Shown: one piece after another, positions 1 through 8,639 of the stretch | Layout of the letters: each line of letters opens with the position of its first letter | Numbering within the stretch: the first letter of the stretch is position 1 | Source of the DNA: a virus | Lineage: Duplodnaviria; Caudoviricetes | Reading direction: 5' to 3' (one strand) | IMG/VR virus record: IMGVR_UViG_3300036860_000446 | Span: 1-52,444 of that record | Length of the DNA: 52,444 bases | The notes under the pieces: model-generated | The model's input: the letters and a program-made list of their open reading frames with translations, nothing else | The model's database searches: none | Told to the model about the DNA's origin: nothing | Translations under genes and position numbers: made by a program

Positions 1-2
1 AA

Positions 3-665
3 GAGGAGTTCGTCATCTGCGGCCATTGTCGCGACAGAGAAGACAGAATTGCCGTCATCATGATAGTTGCCGCTTGGAGCCAAAATGGGGCGATCGCCGG
101 CGGCCTGGATAGCGGTTGGAGAGGCGGCGATCCGATCAACACCATCGGCTGGAGCGATCAGCTTGCCGATATTGAGGCGAAGACTTCCACCGCCGGTGTG
201 GCGAGTCATGACATGTACATGGGCCTGTTCGAAGGTCAACGATTTTGGGGCGCGAAAAACGGCGCGGGCTCGTCCGGGGGAAATAGCACCGGGGAGCCAG
301 ATGGCAATGGTGCCTCGGTGGGTGTGGCCCGGTTCGGCACCGCTGGAAACGCCACCACCAACAAAACTGACGCCGGTCCCGGCCGTAATGGCGGTATCGG
401 AGAAGTCACATTGAACCGTTGATTGGTCTGCTTTGTAAACCTTAAAACCGGTCGGGTGGTCGCCGCCGTTGGCAACGGCGTGCTTGCCGTCGTTGTTGGC
501 AGTCGTCGCGGCGGGGGTATAGGGGCCACCGCTCGAGACGACGTGACCGCCCTGTTGCAGTCGCTCCCGGGTATCGAATTTCTCTTCCCGGATTCGGTCG
601 TCCCCCTCGCCGACGTTGTCGCCGGATCCAGGGGCGCCCTCGTTCCAGATTCGAGTCGCACACAT
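3..665 (-). CDS. Tail fiber/virion protein, runs off the left edge (missing from the ORF track)
   Basis: Hand translation: MCATRIWNEGAPGSGDNVGEGDDRIREEKFDTRERLQQGG..., open to the window edge. The W-x-E-x-x-P...GDD-x-IR-x-x-K...RER start resembles phage tail-fiber anchor segments. It follows the adaptor gene. Confidence 0.65.
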   Translation of the reverse strand, partial: MCATRIWNEGAPGSGDNVGEGDDRIREEKFDTRERLQQGGHVVSSGGPYTPAATTANNDGKHAVANGGDHPTGFKVYKADQSTVQCDFSDTAITAGTGVSFVGGGVSSGAEPGHTHRGTIAIWLPGAISPGRARAVFRAPKSLTFEQAHVHVMTRHTGGGSLRLNIGKLIAPADGVDRIAASPTAIQAAGDRPILAPSGNYHDDGNSVFSVATMAADDELL

Positions 666-668
666 AAC

Positions 669-755
669 TTAAGCAACCTCTAGACGGTGCGTCTGTTCGC
701 GACCGTCAAAGAACCCAGCTGCCCACGCCAACTCAAATCGGTTAAGAGTTGCCAT
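669..755 (-). pseudogene. 28-codon LAGLIDADG homing endonuclease remnant
   Basis: MATLNRFELAWAAGFFDGREQTHRLEVA*. ELAWAAGFFDG matches the LAGLIDADG helix but the ORF stops soon after. Its ATG overlaps the upstream TAA. Confidence 0.6.
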
Positions 756-1396
756 TAGTTATCCCATGTCCTTCCGGTTGTCACGATCTGGCTTGGTGCC
801 GGTGGATCGAAGAAGAATTCAGCGATGCGGTCGATTCTCTTCGAGATCATAATATTGTACTCCATGAGGGAGGCGCTGGCCTCCTGTTTGAGGCCCATCC
901 AGCTCTGGAGACGGTAAAGGCCACCTTGGACAATGACCTCGTCCCACTCCCTTGGAAGGGAGGAAACAGTGGTGGAGGTGGAAAGCGGCAGGAGGCGCTT
1001 GAGGTAACGGAGCTGGATGATGCGAACCGTGGAGTTGGGAATCGGGAAGAAGGTGATCTCGTTCCTCCACCACAGGTAGTGAGTCGGAATATCCTGGATG
1101 GTGGTATCTCGATAGGCATCATGCTGCCTGGCGGTTATAGGAATGAGACGATGACCATCGGTCATGTTGCGAACGGAAACCGGGGCGTAGAAATCATCCG
1201 GGGCCGCAACCGTCGAAACCCCCTCTTCGGTCTGGAGGACGGCAGTTTCCTGGTTCTCGGGAATTCTGATGGCGGTCACGAGATCATCATAACTATATTG
1301 GATGGCTGTCGTCAGCTGGTTGTCGATATCGGTTCGGTTGCCCATCCTGAATTTAAGGTCGGTTTCAAGCTGGGCTCGGGTCAAAGTTCCCATCAA
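755..1396 (-). CDS. Head-tail adaptor / tail tubular A-like protein (module A)
   Basis: 213 aa. Motifs PTHYLWW..EITFFPIPN...IQLRYLK and LPREWDEVIVQGGL are typical of podovirus adaptors. Late-operon position. Confidence 0.6.
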   Translation of the reverse strand: MMGTLTRAQLETDLKFRMGNRTDIDNQLTTAIQYSYDDLVTAIRIPENQETAVLQTEEGVSTVAAPDDFYAPVSVRNMTDGHRLIPITARQHDAYRDTTIQDIPTHYLWWRNEITFFPIPNSTVRIIQLRYLKRLLPLSTSTTVSSLPREWDEVIVQGGLYRLQSWMGLKQEASASLMEYNIMISKRIDRIAEFFFDPPAPSQIVTTGRTWDN

Positions 1397-1662
1397 AGTT
1401 TATCCAGTGGATGAAGCTTGTCAACGAAGCGGCGCCAGATGAGGCGGCCGGTATAAGGATCAATCACGGTTTCGCGTTCTGGGACGGTGAAACCGGAACG
1501 GGCACAAACAACCAGCTTGCCACGCTCCAGTCCAACAGTTCCAGTATCTTGGTCCTCGTCGGCAGGGAGGCCGGCATCTGGGGCTGCGTCGATCAGGAAG
1601 CCGGTGTCAGCTCCAGGCTCGGTTGTGTCCCACCAAATGCGAACGGTCTTAGTGAAGGGCAT
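1393..1662 (-). CDS. Hypothetical virion-region protein
   Basis: 89 aa, abuts both neighbours in the minus-strand operon. Confidence 0.6.
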   Translation of the reverse strand: MPFTKTVRIWWDTTEPGADTGFLIDAAPDAGLPADEDQDTGTVGLERGKLVVCARSGFTVPERETVIDPYTGRLIWRRFVDKLHPLDKL

Positions 1663-4317
1663 TTAACCTCCACAGGCGTTACCGACGCCATTTCCATTGG
1701 AGTCGTATTGACTCGGATTGAAAGTACGTTTGCAGTTATCGTGCAAGTCTATAACACCATCACCGTCGGAGTCGGCGTTGCTGACACCGTTAGCAACATC
1801 AGCGGGTTGTTCTCCATCAAAGGTCAGAACCGGCCAAACAGTCGTGAAGATTGATCGATTGAAACGGAAGGCTCGCGATCCGATCGCGCTACCGGCGGGC
1901 TGCGCCCCAGCAGTCAGCAATGGCGACCCAGCTGCGAGGTTGTAATTCGGTCGAGTAGCGCTAAGACGATTGATATACCCGAGTGCAGGAGATCGTGTCA
2001 GAATGCCTGAATCGGTGCAATTAGTCCCCGCTGCGCCGCCACTTTCAGCTGTAACGGCAGTTAAAAGTGAGTACACATTGTCAAAATCTTCGACTGGACC
2101 GGCATCCGGTGTACAAGCCGAATAGGTATCGTTAGAATTGAACCCAGATACGAGATCACGGATTGTTCCAGTCATTACGGTGTCTGGATATTGCGAGAAG
2201 CCGACCCCTCTGACAAATGCCCCACGACCATCACAGGTCATGTGGTCGATTGTTGCGTTATAGTTCATATTGATACCGCCGGCCCCGCCCCCACTATAGT
2301 TCGCGCCGTCGAATAAGATACAGCGCCCGGAGGTGTATGTTCCTGATGAAGTCCCACTAAGACCGACGATGAAGTTGTCCGACATGGTGACGGCTTTGGC
2401 ATTCGTATTGCCAGTACTGTTTTGGAAATATATGCCGACACGACCACAGATGTTGCTTCCTGTACAGTCTGCAGAGGATGTAATAGCAGTTTCGGCGCCG
2501 ATAAAGAAGTTACCCTTGGCCACAATCGGATTCAGTGAGGCTCCGCCCAACTCGAGTGTTTGGGCGAGCCCGAAGTTCTTTACTAAGTTTCCATACCAAT
2601 TACCAGTGAATAGGGCTCCCCCTTTAATGTTGCTAATGTAATTATGAGTAAATCCTGTACCTTGATATGACGAGTTTGGGTCGGTTGGATAGAACGTACC
2701 GGTTAGACCAGCACCAGAATTAACGATCCAATTATCATATACAGCGGCCCCGACCCCGGCAGCATTTAAGGATGCCCCCGAGGTACCGCCCAGATTATAG
2801 AGATCATAGGCAGTATTCAGACTGATATCTCCACCAAACAACGCGTCTCCCTGGAGATAAAAGCATTCCGAGTTGGAAATACATCCCTCAAAGAATAGGT
2901 TACGCTGTATTTTATTATTGATTGCAGGCAGAGCCGCTCCTTCATTAGGATGTAAATTGACGCCTTGATTACGATAAAAGGTAGAATCTACAACCTGTAC
3001 ACCATCGGAACTGACTCCGTTGAATTGTGGGAAGGCCAGTGTCGCGTTCGTATTTGTCTGTGTTGCTTGGCCAGCAACGGTTGTCACATCATGAAAAGCA
3101 CTCCAACGAACCTTGAAGTTTCTTACGCCTCTGTACATCCAACCGTCAACTGGCCCTTTGTAATCATGAAAATTGATGTAAGCGAGATCAGTAACTTTCG
3201 TTGATCCGGAGAAGGCATTGACCTCAACTCCATTAGATCCGTTAACTGTCGGACTGCCGGTGTTAGCAACATTAACAGCCTGAAAAACGGGCATTGGAGA
3301 GTTGCCAACACCAAGGTCTCCTTCGATTCGATATCCGTTAGATCCAGCCGATTGAAAAAGAGCGGCATCATAGACGATGGCGATCGAATCGCCGACGGCA
3401 GGAAGCGCGGCTATACAGAAGCCTGTGCTGGCACCGGTACAGCATGGGTAGGGGGTGAGAGCGGCGGTGCATTCGGAGTTGCCGTAGGCTGCTGGCTCGT
3501 TGTGTTGACTGACCGGACGGACTGGACAGGTTGCACCGGCGTTGGCGCCTGTACAGCAAGCAACCGGGGCGCCAGCACCGGTACAGTAGAAAGCACGGTT
3601 CGCGTGCGGCGTCAGCCGCTGTCCACCAGTAGTATCAGATCCACTAGTTGCATCAGCCGTATCGGTACAAACTGCGAAGGTTGAAGCACCAACCAGTCTA
3701 ATCTCGTATGATCGGTTTCGGGCCTTACCAGATTGAAAGACGACTCGACCGGTTTTCTTGGCCGAGTCAATTCCGACGGCTGGAGTAATCGTGAACTTTC
3801 TACCAACAGTACCAGCAGCGGCGCAGTCGGTGTCAGCATCTGCATCGACAAAGGCGGCAATCGTCGTTTCGACGACCGTGCCTTGGATATCGAGAAGGCC
3901 ACCATTTTGTATCTTCAGGAGTCTGGCTGTCGCCGTCGTGTTGAAACCGAGTCGATGACCAGCCCGCATACGGAGAATACCAGTCGAGTTTATCGTTAGG
4001 TCTCCGGTAATGGTCAGCGTTCGATAGCCGTTAGCATCTCGACCTGTTGAGGCCTCGTCATAGATGAGACTGCCATCAATGGTCGTGGCTCCGCATGCCT
4101 TGGCATCGGTTGTCAGAATGACGGTGTGGGTTGCACCAATCGAGCAGGTGTCGGTTGAAAGTGGAACGACCCCTCCACAGGAGGTCCACGATCCAGCAGT
4201 GTTCCAGTCACATGGAGTCGTTGCACATGCAGCTACGGTTGCGCAGGCATTAGCCATCGCGAGACGAGGTAGAAACACCAGTGATATAATACCAGCCCAC
4301 TTCAGGAACCGCTTCAT
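1663..4317 (-). CDS. Large signal-peptide protein with Cys-rich repeats, parallel beta-helix and a C-terminal thrombospondin type-3 repeat
   Basis: 884 aa. N-terminus MKRFLKWAGIISLVFLPRLAMA. Repeats CTGAGAPVACCTGANAGATC and CTAALTPYPCCTGASTGFC. Asn/Gly-rich beta-helix-like middle, YNLAAGSPLLTAG, C-terminal DSDGDGVIDLHDNC...NPSQYDSNGNGVGNAC. Confidence 0.75.
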   Translation of the reverse strand: MKRFLKWAGIISLVFLPRLAMANACATVAACATTPCDWNTAGSWTSCGGVVPLSTDTCSIGATHTVILTTDAKACGATTIDGSLIYDEASTGRDANGYRTLTITGDLTINSTGILRMRAGHRLGFNTTATARLLKIQNGGLLDIQGTVVETTIAAFVDADADTDCAAAGTVGRKFTITPAVGIDSAKKTGRVVFQSGKARNRSYEIRLVGASTFAVCTDTADATSGSDTTGGQRLTPHANRAFYCTGAGAPVACCTGANAGATCPVRPVSQHNEPAAYGNSECTAALTPYPCCTGASTGFCIAALPAVGDSIAIVYDAALFQSAGSNGYRIEGDLGVGNSPMPVFQAVNVANTGSPTVNGSNGVEVNAFSGSTKVTDLAYINFHDYKGPVDGWMYRGVRNFKVRWSAFHDVTTVAGQATQTNTNATLAFPQFNGVSSDGVQVVDSTFYRNQGVNLHPNEGAALPAINNKIQRNLFFEGCISNSECFYLQGDALFGGDISLNTAYDLYNLGGTSGASLNAAGVGAAVYDNWIVNSGAGLTGTFYPTDPNSSYQGTGFTHNYISNIKGGALFTGNWYGNLVKNFGLAQTLELGGASLNPIVAKGNFFIGAETAITSSADCTGSNICGRVGIYFQNSTGNTNAKAVTMSDNFIVGLSGTSSGTYTSGRCILFDGANYSGGGAGGINMNYNATIDHMTCDGRGAFVRGVGFSQYPDTVMTGTIRDLVSGFNSNDTYSACTPDAGPVEDFDNVYSLLTAVTAESGGAAGTNCTDSGILTRSPALGYINRLSATRPNYNLAAGSPLLTAGAQPAGSAIGSRAFRFNRSIFTTVWPVLTFDGEQPADVANGVSNADSDGDGVIDLHDNCKRTFNPSQYDSNGNGVGNACGG

Positions 4318-4556
4318 AGATCCCTCGGGCCGGCTGCGTCTCGGATTCTTATTTTTCCAGTCGATTGATCTTTGCAGATGGCGCCGAACCGAAAGGCACT
4401 TACATCTGCTGGACAGTCCGGCACAATAAAACTGCCGGCGATCTCTTCATCAGATGGAGAAATCTCACCGGTATCTGATCGCCTGAAGCCGGTCGAACCC
4501 CACCAGGCAGCCAGAAGAAGTGGAACGAAAACAAGTATGGGCCAACGTCGTCTCAC
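4314..4556 (-). CDS. Small protein with N-terminal signal/TM segment
   Basis: MRRRWPILVFVPLLLAAWWG; 4-nt overlaps with both neighbours. Confidence 0.6.
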   Translation of the reverse strand: MRRRWPILVFVPLLLAAWWGSTGFRRSDTGEISPSDEEIAGSFIVPDCPADVSAFRFGAICKDQSTGKIRIRDAAGPRDL

Positions 4557-4876
4557 TCAAAGACCTCTACCTCGACAGTGTCGGCCCCGACACCGTCCAT
4601 GAGCATATAAAGAGTGTGGGCGGAGTTTGGGCCTTCTATGTCTCGAACAGCCCCGGCGGGGACGACAAAGTAACGGCCGGCTTCGATCTCTCCAGAATAC
4701 CAGGCACAACGAACAGCACCAGTTACGGGACGAATAGAAATCTGCCCCCATGGAAGGATCCGCCAAGGGGTACCGGTCGTGGGAACGGCAGTGAAATCGA
4801 CGGTTATAACGGCCCCGGCGTTACCGTTGACCGAGATCCTTTGAGCATGTCCAGGACCTTTAAGAATCGCGCCCAT
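4553..4876 (-). CDS. Hypothetical virion protein
   Basis: 107 aa, beta-rich, AGGAG RBS. Confidence 0.6.
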   Translation of the reverse strand: MGAILKGPGHAQRISVNGNAGAVITVDFTAVPTTGTPWRILPWGQISIRPVTGAVRCAWYSGEIEAGRYFVVPAGAVRDIEGPNSAHTLYMLMDGVGADTVEVEVFE

Positions 4877-4885
4877 GCAGGCTCC

Positions 4886-5314
4886 TTAATCGAAGGCTTC
4901 ATCGGTTACGGTTGGCGTTGCGTTGGCTGCGGCAACGTGGTCCTTAACCCAGAAGGTTAGGACAACAGCGACGTCGGCTGAGGTACCACCGCCGGTGATG
5001 TTGATCTGGTCGCCTTTGGCGCATTCACGGGAGCCGGCAGTTGTCAGAGTGTCGGCGCTGGTTACGTTGACGGTGTCAGCGGTCAGGGAGGCAGCAGAGA
5101 GCCAGGTGACAGCAGTCGTACCGTTGGCAACCGTCAAGGTTCCGGCAGTTGATGTTCGGGCGAAACGGCTGATCTCCTGGAGGCGGCCAGCATAGGGCAT
5201 CTTGAACTTAAAGGTGGAGGCGTTGGTCGGTAGATACGCAACGATGGTGTCGTATGAACCTGCCGACGGACCACGTTCAGAGGTTCTCTGGAGGTGACGG
5301 TCGAGGTAGGCCAC
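4886..5314 (-). CDS. Putative minor capsid/decoration protein
   Basis: 142 aa, Thr/Ala-rich beta-sandwich-like, downstream of the MCP. Confidence 0.55.
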   Translation of the reverse strand: MAYLDRHLQRTSERGPSAGSYDTIVAYLPTNASTFKFKMPYAGRLQEISRFARTSTAGTLTVANGTTAVTWLSAASLTADTVNVTSADTLTTAGSRECAKGDQINITGGGTSADVAVVLTFWVKDHVAAANATPTVTDEAFD

Positions 5315-5317
5315 TGG

Positions 5318-5917
5318 TTATCCTCCGTACAGGAGTAGGCCGGTTCCGGTGCGGATCAGGGCATCACTGAAATAGAAGCGGACTCTGGCGTTGGTGTCGC
5401 CCATGATGCCATGACCAGCTCCAACAGATTCTCCAGCGAAACCATAGCCGGCCTCGAGAACATAGCCGACGCCTTCGGTGGATTCATTGTCCGAAATCAT
5501 GAAGTAACCGGTGTCTAGGAGAACGATGGCGACAGGCTGGCCAACGTCGGTGACATCCAGAACGTTAGCAACAGCAGTCGTACCATCAACTGTCGAGTTG
5601 TAGTTAGCCTCAAAGATGTTCTCGTTACAGGCAAGGGCAACCACAACGGTGTCGCCGGTAGCCGCCTTGCCCATCGAAAGACCGGCAAGAACGCCTTCTC
5701 CGGCTATGGTCAGATCGGAAACATCGATTCGATCATTGGTACCGGCGGTGACCAAAATAGTACCGTCGGCCCGATAGACCTTATTGTCGGAGTTCTTCAG
5801 GACGACAACGTCTCCAGCAACAAGAGCTTCTCCGGCGACGAATGCCTGACAAACCGGAGATCCACCGGTCTTGGTGCGGACAACTCGCATGTGACGATCA
5901 AGAATAGTCTGAGCCAC
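5318..5917 (-). CDS. Putative capsid cement/decoration protein
   Basis: 199 aa directly after the MCP; AGEALVAGDVVVL...VYRAD resembles cement-protein motifs. Confidence 0.55.
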   Translation of the reverse strand: MAQTILDRHMRVVRTKTGGSPVCQAFVAGEALVAGDVVVLKNSDNKVYRADGTILVTAGTNDRIDVSDLTIAGEGVLAGLSMGKAATGDTVVVALACNENIFEANYNSTVDGTTAVANVLDVTDVGQPVAIVLLDTGYFMISDNESTEGVGYVLEAGYGFAGESVGAGHGIMGDTNARVRFYFSDALIRTGTGLLLYGG

Positions 5918-5930
5918 TGTCTTACCTCTG

Positions 5931-5983
5931 TCCTCGGGTCATCGCCGAGGCTTGAAATACCAAGGATCTCATCGATCCTCGGC
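5931..5983 (-). promoter_or_regulatory. Twin hairpins after the MCP (attenuator/processing candidate)
   Basis: Minus strand: CCGAGGATC-GATGA-GATCCTTGG and CCTCGG-CGATGAC-CCGAGG; no U-tail. Confidence 0.35.
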
Positions 5984-5991
5984 GGGTTGGG

Positions 5992-6891
5992 TTACGGAGG
6001 ATTGCTGCCATCAATACCGCGCCACGTTCCGAAGCGAGATTCCATGCAACGGAAGTAGACTTTGTGCTTGGAGTCGCCGGTGTCGAAGTCGTCGCCGCTG
6101 GTGAACTCCGGCTTGTCGCGCCAGAAGAACTGAACGTCGTGGCCGCCCTTGGCAATCAGGAACCAGACCTTGGTACCGGTCAGGAAGTGCCAGACCTGGA
6201 AGCCGAACGCACCCTTGAGAACGTTGATCGTGTTCTCATTGGTGTAGGGAAGGGTCGGAGCCTTGAGGATCTCCTCGGCCGTGTATTGTAATTCCGTAGG
6301 AATTACAAGCTTGGCTGGATATAGCGGAGTGTTGAAGCCGCGCTCAGAAACGGTCTTCTCCATGCGGATCTTCGCGGCCTGCAAAGCAGCAATAGAAAGG
6401 ACGGCGTCCGGGGAGGGGCGGTTCGCGTAGGTACCGCCGCCCAGGAGGGCGTGGGCGGTCGAGCACAGGGCTTCACCGGCGGTGAAGCCGACGAAGCTGG
6501 TCGAGAAGGCGTTGTTGAATCCGGCTGCCTGGAGGATGTTGACCGTCTGATTGACGGAGCGGTTAAGGTGGATCGTCATCCGCTTAAGCTGGCCGTAGCG
6601 CTCGTCCCTAACGGCTTCCTTGGTGGCACGGAAGGCAAGCCCGTAGGCGGTCGGGTCGTAGCGAACAGTCGTGCCGGGGATCGTGTCGTCGTAGGTGACG
6701 GCTTCCCCTTCTGGCTTCTGGGGGACAAGGCCGAAGAAGGCCATTTTGTAGTCCGTCAGGTAGGGCTCGTTCATCGTGTCTACCTTGACGAACTGAGGAC
6801 CCTCCTGTTGGAACATGGCGTCCTCGTCGTTATAAATTGTCCGCAGGCCGGGGTCGAGGAGCCTTGCCTGGGAAAGCCGGGTGGTAGTCAT
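5992..6891 (-). CDS. Major capsid protein A (Mu gpT-like, HK97 fold)
   Basis: 299 aa. LLDPGLR, GLVPQKPEGEAVTYD, YGLAFRATKEA, LCSTAH, PAKLVIP, WFL...DFDTGD...WRGIDGS. Order portal-scaffold-MCP. Confidence 0.85.
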   Translation of the reverse strand: MTTTRLSQARLLDPGLRTIYNDEDAMFQQEGPQFVKVDTMNEPYLTDYKMAFFGLVPQKPEGEAVTYDDTIPGTTVRYDPTAYGLAFRATKEAVRDERYGQLKRMTIHLNRSVNQTVNILQAAGFNNAFSTSFVGFTAGEALCSTAHALLGGGTYANRPSPDAVLSIAALQAAKIRMEKTVSERGFNTPLYPAKLVIPTELQYTAEEILKAPTLPYTNENTINVLKGAFGFQVWHFLTGTKVWFLIAKGGHDVQFFWRDKPEFTSGDDFDTGDSKHKVYFRCMESRFGTWRGIDGSNPP

Positions 6892-7247
6892 TAGGGCGTG
6901 TCCTCAGTGTAGGCTTGAATCCCAAGCCGGGCGCCTTCCGCTTTGTGCTCTTCCCGAACCAGTTTGACCCATTCGTTTGCCTTTTTGACTCTGGCCGTAT
7001 CGCGAGCCTCCGCAACGTCACGCTTGCAGCGCATGAGAACAGCGTCACCGAGGCGAAGGCGGCCATCAGGCTTCTCGAGCGGGTAGCCCTTGAAAGCCTT
7101 ACCGCTCTCGTCGCTCGTGACAACGTCAACGTAGCCGTCCAGCTGAGCCTCAACACGGCTGCGATCGTTTTCGTGGCCCCAGATGTAGACGTAGTTGGGG
7201 TCCATGAGGTCCTTCGGAATGGTCATCGCCTTGTCGGTATCGGCCAT
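6891..7247 (-). CDS. Hypothetical head-module protein
   Basis: 118 aa between scaffold and MCP, translationally coupled; PNYVYIW...GDAVLMRC. Confidence 0.65.
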   Translation of the reverse strand: MADTDKAMTIPKDLMDPNYVYIWGHENDRSRVEAQLDGYVDVVTSDESGKAFKGYPLEKPDGRLRLGDAVLMRCKRDVAEARDTARVKKANEWVKLVREEHKAEGARLGIQAYTEDTP

Positions 7248-7948
7248 CAGTGAATTCCTCCTGGTCCGGTGATAAGGACGCCGTCATAGCTGGTGTCCTT
7301 GGTGATGTCAGCGGCCCGCTTGGGGTCGATACCGAGCTTCTTTAGGACGTGCATCTGGCCGTCCTCGAACTTGATGTCCTCGGCTTTGGGCTGATTCGGT
7401 GGGGCAGGAGAAGGAGTCGAGGCGGTTGCAGAACGGGCGGCCTCAGCTTGATACTTTGCAACCTCAGCTGCGACCTGCTCCTTGACGATCTCGTCGGTGT
7501 GCTTGGACTTGATCAGATCCAGGAGGCCCTCGTAGGTACCTGGCTGGGCGAGAACCTCGGGGGACATGCGGGAAGCGATCTGGTCGACTTCCTTACCGAA
7601 TTTCTTGACGTCCTCGGAACGCTTTACCTCGAGGAGGCTACGCTCACGTTTGGCCTCGCGGTCGAAGCTGGCGTCGATAAAGGGCTTAGCGCGCTTGGTC
7701 CAGTGGTCATCGAGCGCCTTCTGGGGGTCGTTGAGGACGACCTCGGAACTCAGGGGCTCCTCGGCGGTCTCGGTGGCTGGCTTGGACATCGCGGCGAGTT
7801 GGCCTTGGGCGAAGGCGAGCTGGCGCTCGGTGTCGGCCATGCGGCCGTCGAGGGTTGATTTCTGGGTCTCGAGGGTCTTGGTTAGGTCGTCGACCTTGGT
7901 CTGGAGGTCGGCGGCGGCTTTCTGCTCGGGCGTCTGGGTGTCAGTCAT
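7247..7948 (-). CDS. Capsid scaffolding protein A
   Basis: Charged coiled-coil with a Pro-rich linker, between portal and MCP. Start moved to MTDTQ because of the GGAG RBS and promoter position. Confidence 0.7.
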   Translation of the reverse strand: MTDTQTPEQKAAADLQTKVDDLTKTLETQKSTLDGRMADTERQLAFAQGQLAAMSKPATETAEEPLSSEVVLNDPQKALDDHWTKRAKPFIDASFDREAKRERSLLEVKRSEDVKKFGKEVDQIASRMSPEVLAQPGTYEGLLDLIKSKHTDEIVKEQVAAEVAKYQAEAARSATASTPSPAPPNQPKAEDIKFEDGQMHVLKKLGIDPKRAADITKDTSYDGVLITGPGGIH

Positions 7949-7962
7949 ACGAGTCTCCATGG

Positions 7963-7991
7963 ATTATAGCACAAGTTGATAGGTGTGTCAA
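7963..7991 (-). promoter_or_regulatory. Consensus sigma70 promoter for scaffold/MCP
   Basis: TTGACA (7991-7986), 17 nt spacer, TATAAT (7968-7963), with extended -10 TGn. Confidence 0.85.
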
Positions 7992-8206
7992 GAGCTAAGT
8001 TTTTCCTCCAGGAGGACCTGAGCCCTAGCCCAGGCCTCCGCCTGCCCCCTGAGGCGGAGGGCCTCCCCCTTGTACTCCGCTGCCGGGAGGTTGCTGTCCA
8101 CCGTTAACTGCCTGTCCCTGGCCAGGTCCTCCTGCGCCTTGAAGAGGTTCAAGAGGTCTCTGTAACCGGGGTGCAAGCTAAGTTCTTTGAGAGAGGATCG
8201 GCTCAT
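7988..8206 (-). CDS. Small helical protein between portal and scaffold
   Basis: 72 aa; same position as 39159-39476 in module B, with a similar G-Q-x-x-A helix. Confidence 0.6.
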   Translation of the reverse strand: MSRSSLKELSLHPGYRDLLNLFKAQEDLARDRQLTVDSNLPAAEYKGEALRLRGQAEAWARAQVLLEEKLSS

Positions 8207-8639
8207 GTTTTGTTATGTAGGCCAACAGTCGTTCAATCCTGGTTGGCGATTCTTTGAGCAGCCCAAGCGCCTGATTGCAGGCACTACAAAGAAGTCCTCT
8301 GGTCTTACCAGTTCTGTGATTATGGTCCACATGAAAACCGGATTTACCGCTTCCGTTGAATTTGGTTGGAGGCCCAAAACAGGCGGCGCAAACACCTCCT
8401 TGGGCTTCAACCAGTCGTTCATAATCTTCGATCGACATCCCATAGTTTTTCCTGTACCACCATTTTCTAGCGGACAGGCGCGGGCCCTCCGGGTGCTTGG
8501 CCCGGTGCTCCCTGATTCGCTTGAGGATTTTGTCCCTGTTCCTGTTGTAATACGCCTTGTCCGCCTTGCGAGCCGGCTCCAATCGATCCGAGCGCTTGAA
8601 TACCTTGCGCGAGCTGCGCGCCTTGAGCTCCGATCTCAT
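8178..8639 (-). CDS. Endonuclease VII-family (HNH-type) nuclease
   Basis: YGMSIEDYERL...QGGVCAAC...FHVDHNHRTGKTRGLLCSACNQALG; GGAGG RBS 9 nt upstream. Confidence 0.9.
   Translation of the reverse strand: MRSELKARSSRKVFKRSDRLEPARKADKAYYNRNRDKILKRIREHRAKHPEGPRLSARKWWYRKNYGMSIEDYERLVEAQGGVCAACFGPPTKFNGSGKSGFHVDHNHRTGKTRGLLCSACNQALGLLKESPTRIERLLAYITKHEPILSQRT

Noticed and set aside
60-683. Track ORFs 60-422, 236-676 and 423-683
   Set aside because: Shadow frames; the credible gene is the minus-strand frame from 665 that runs off the edge
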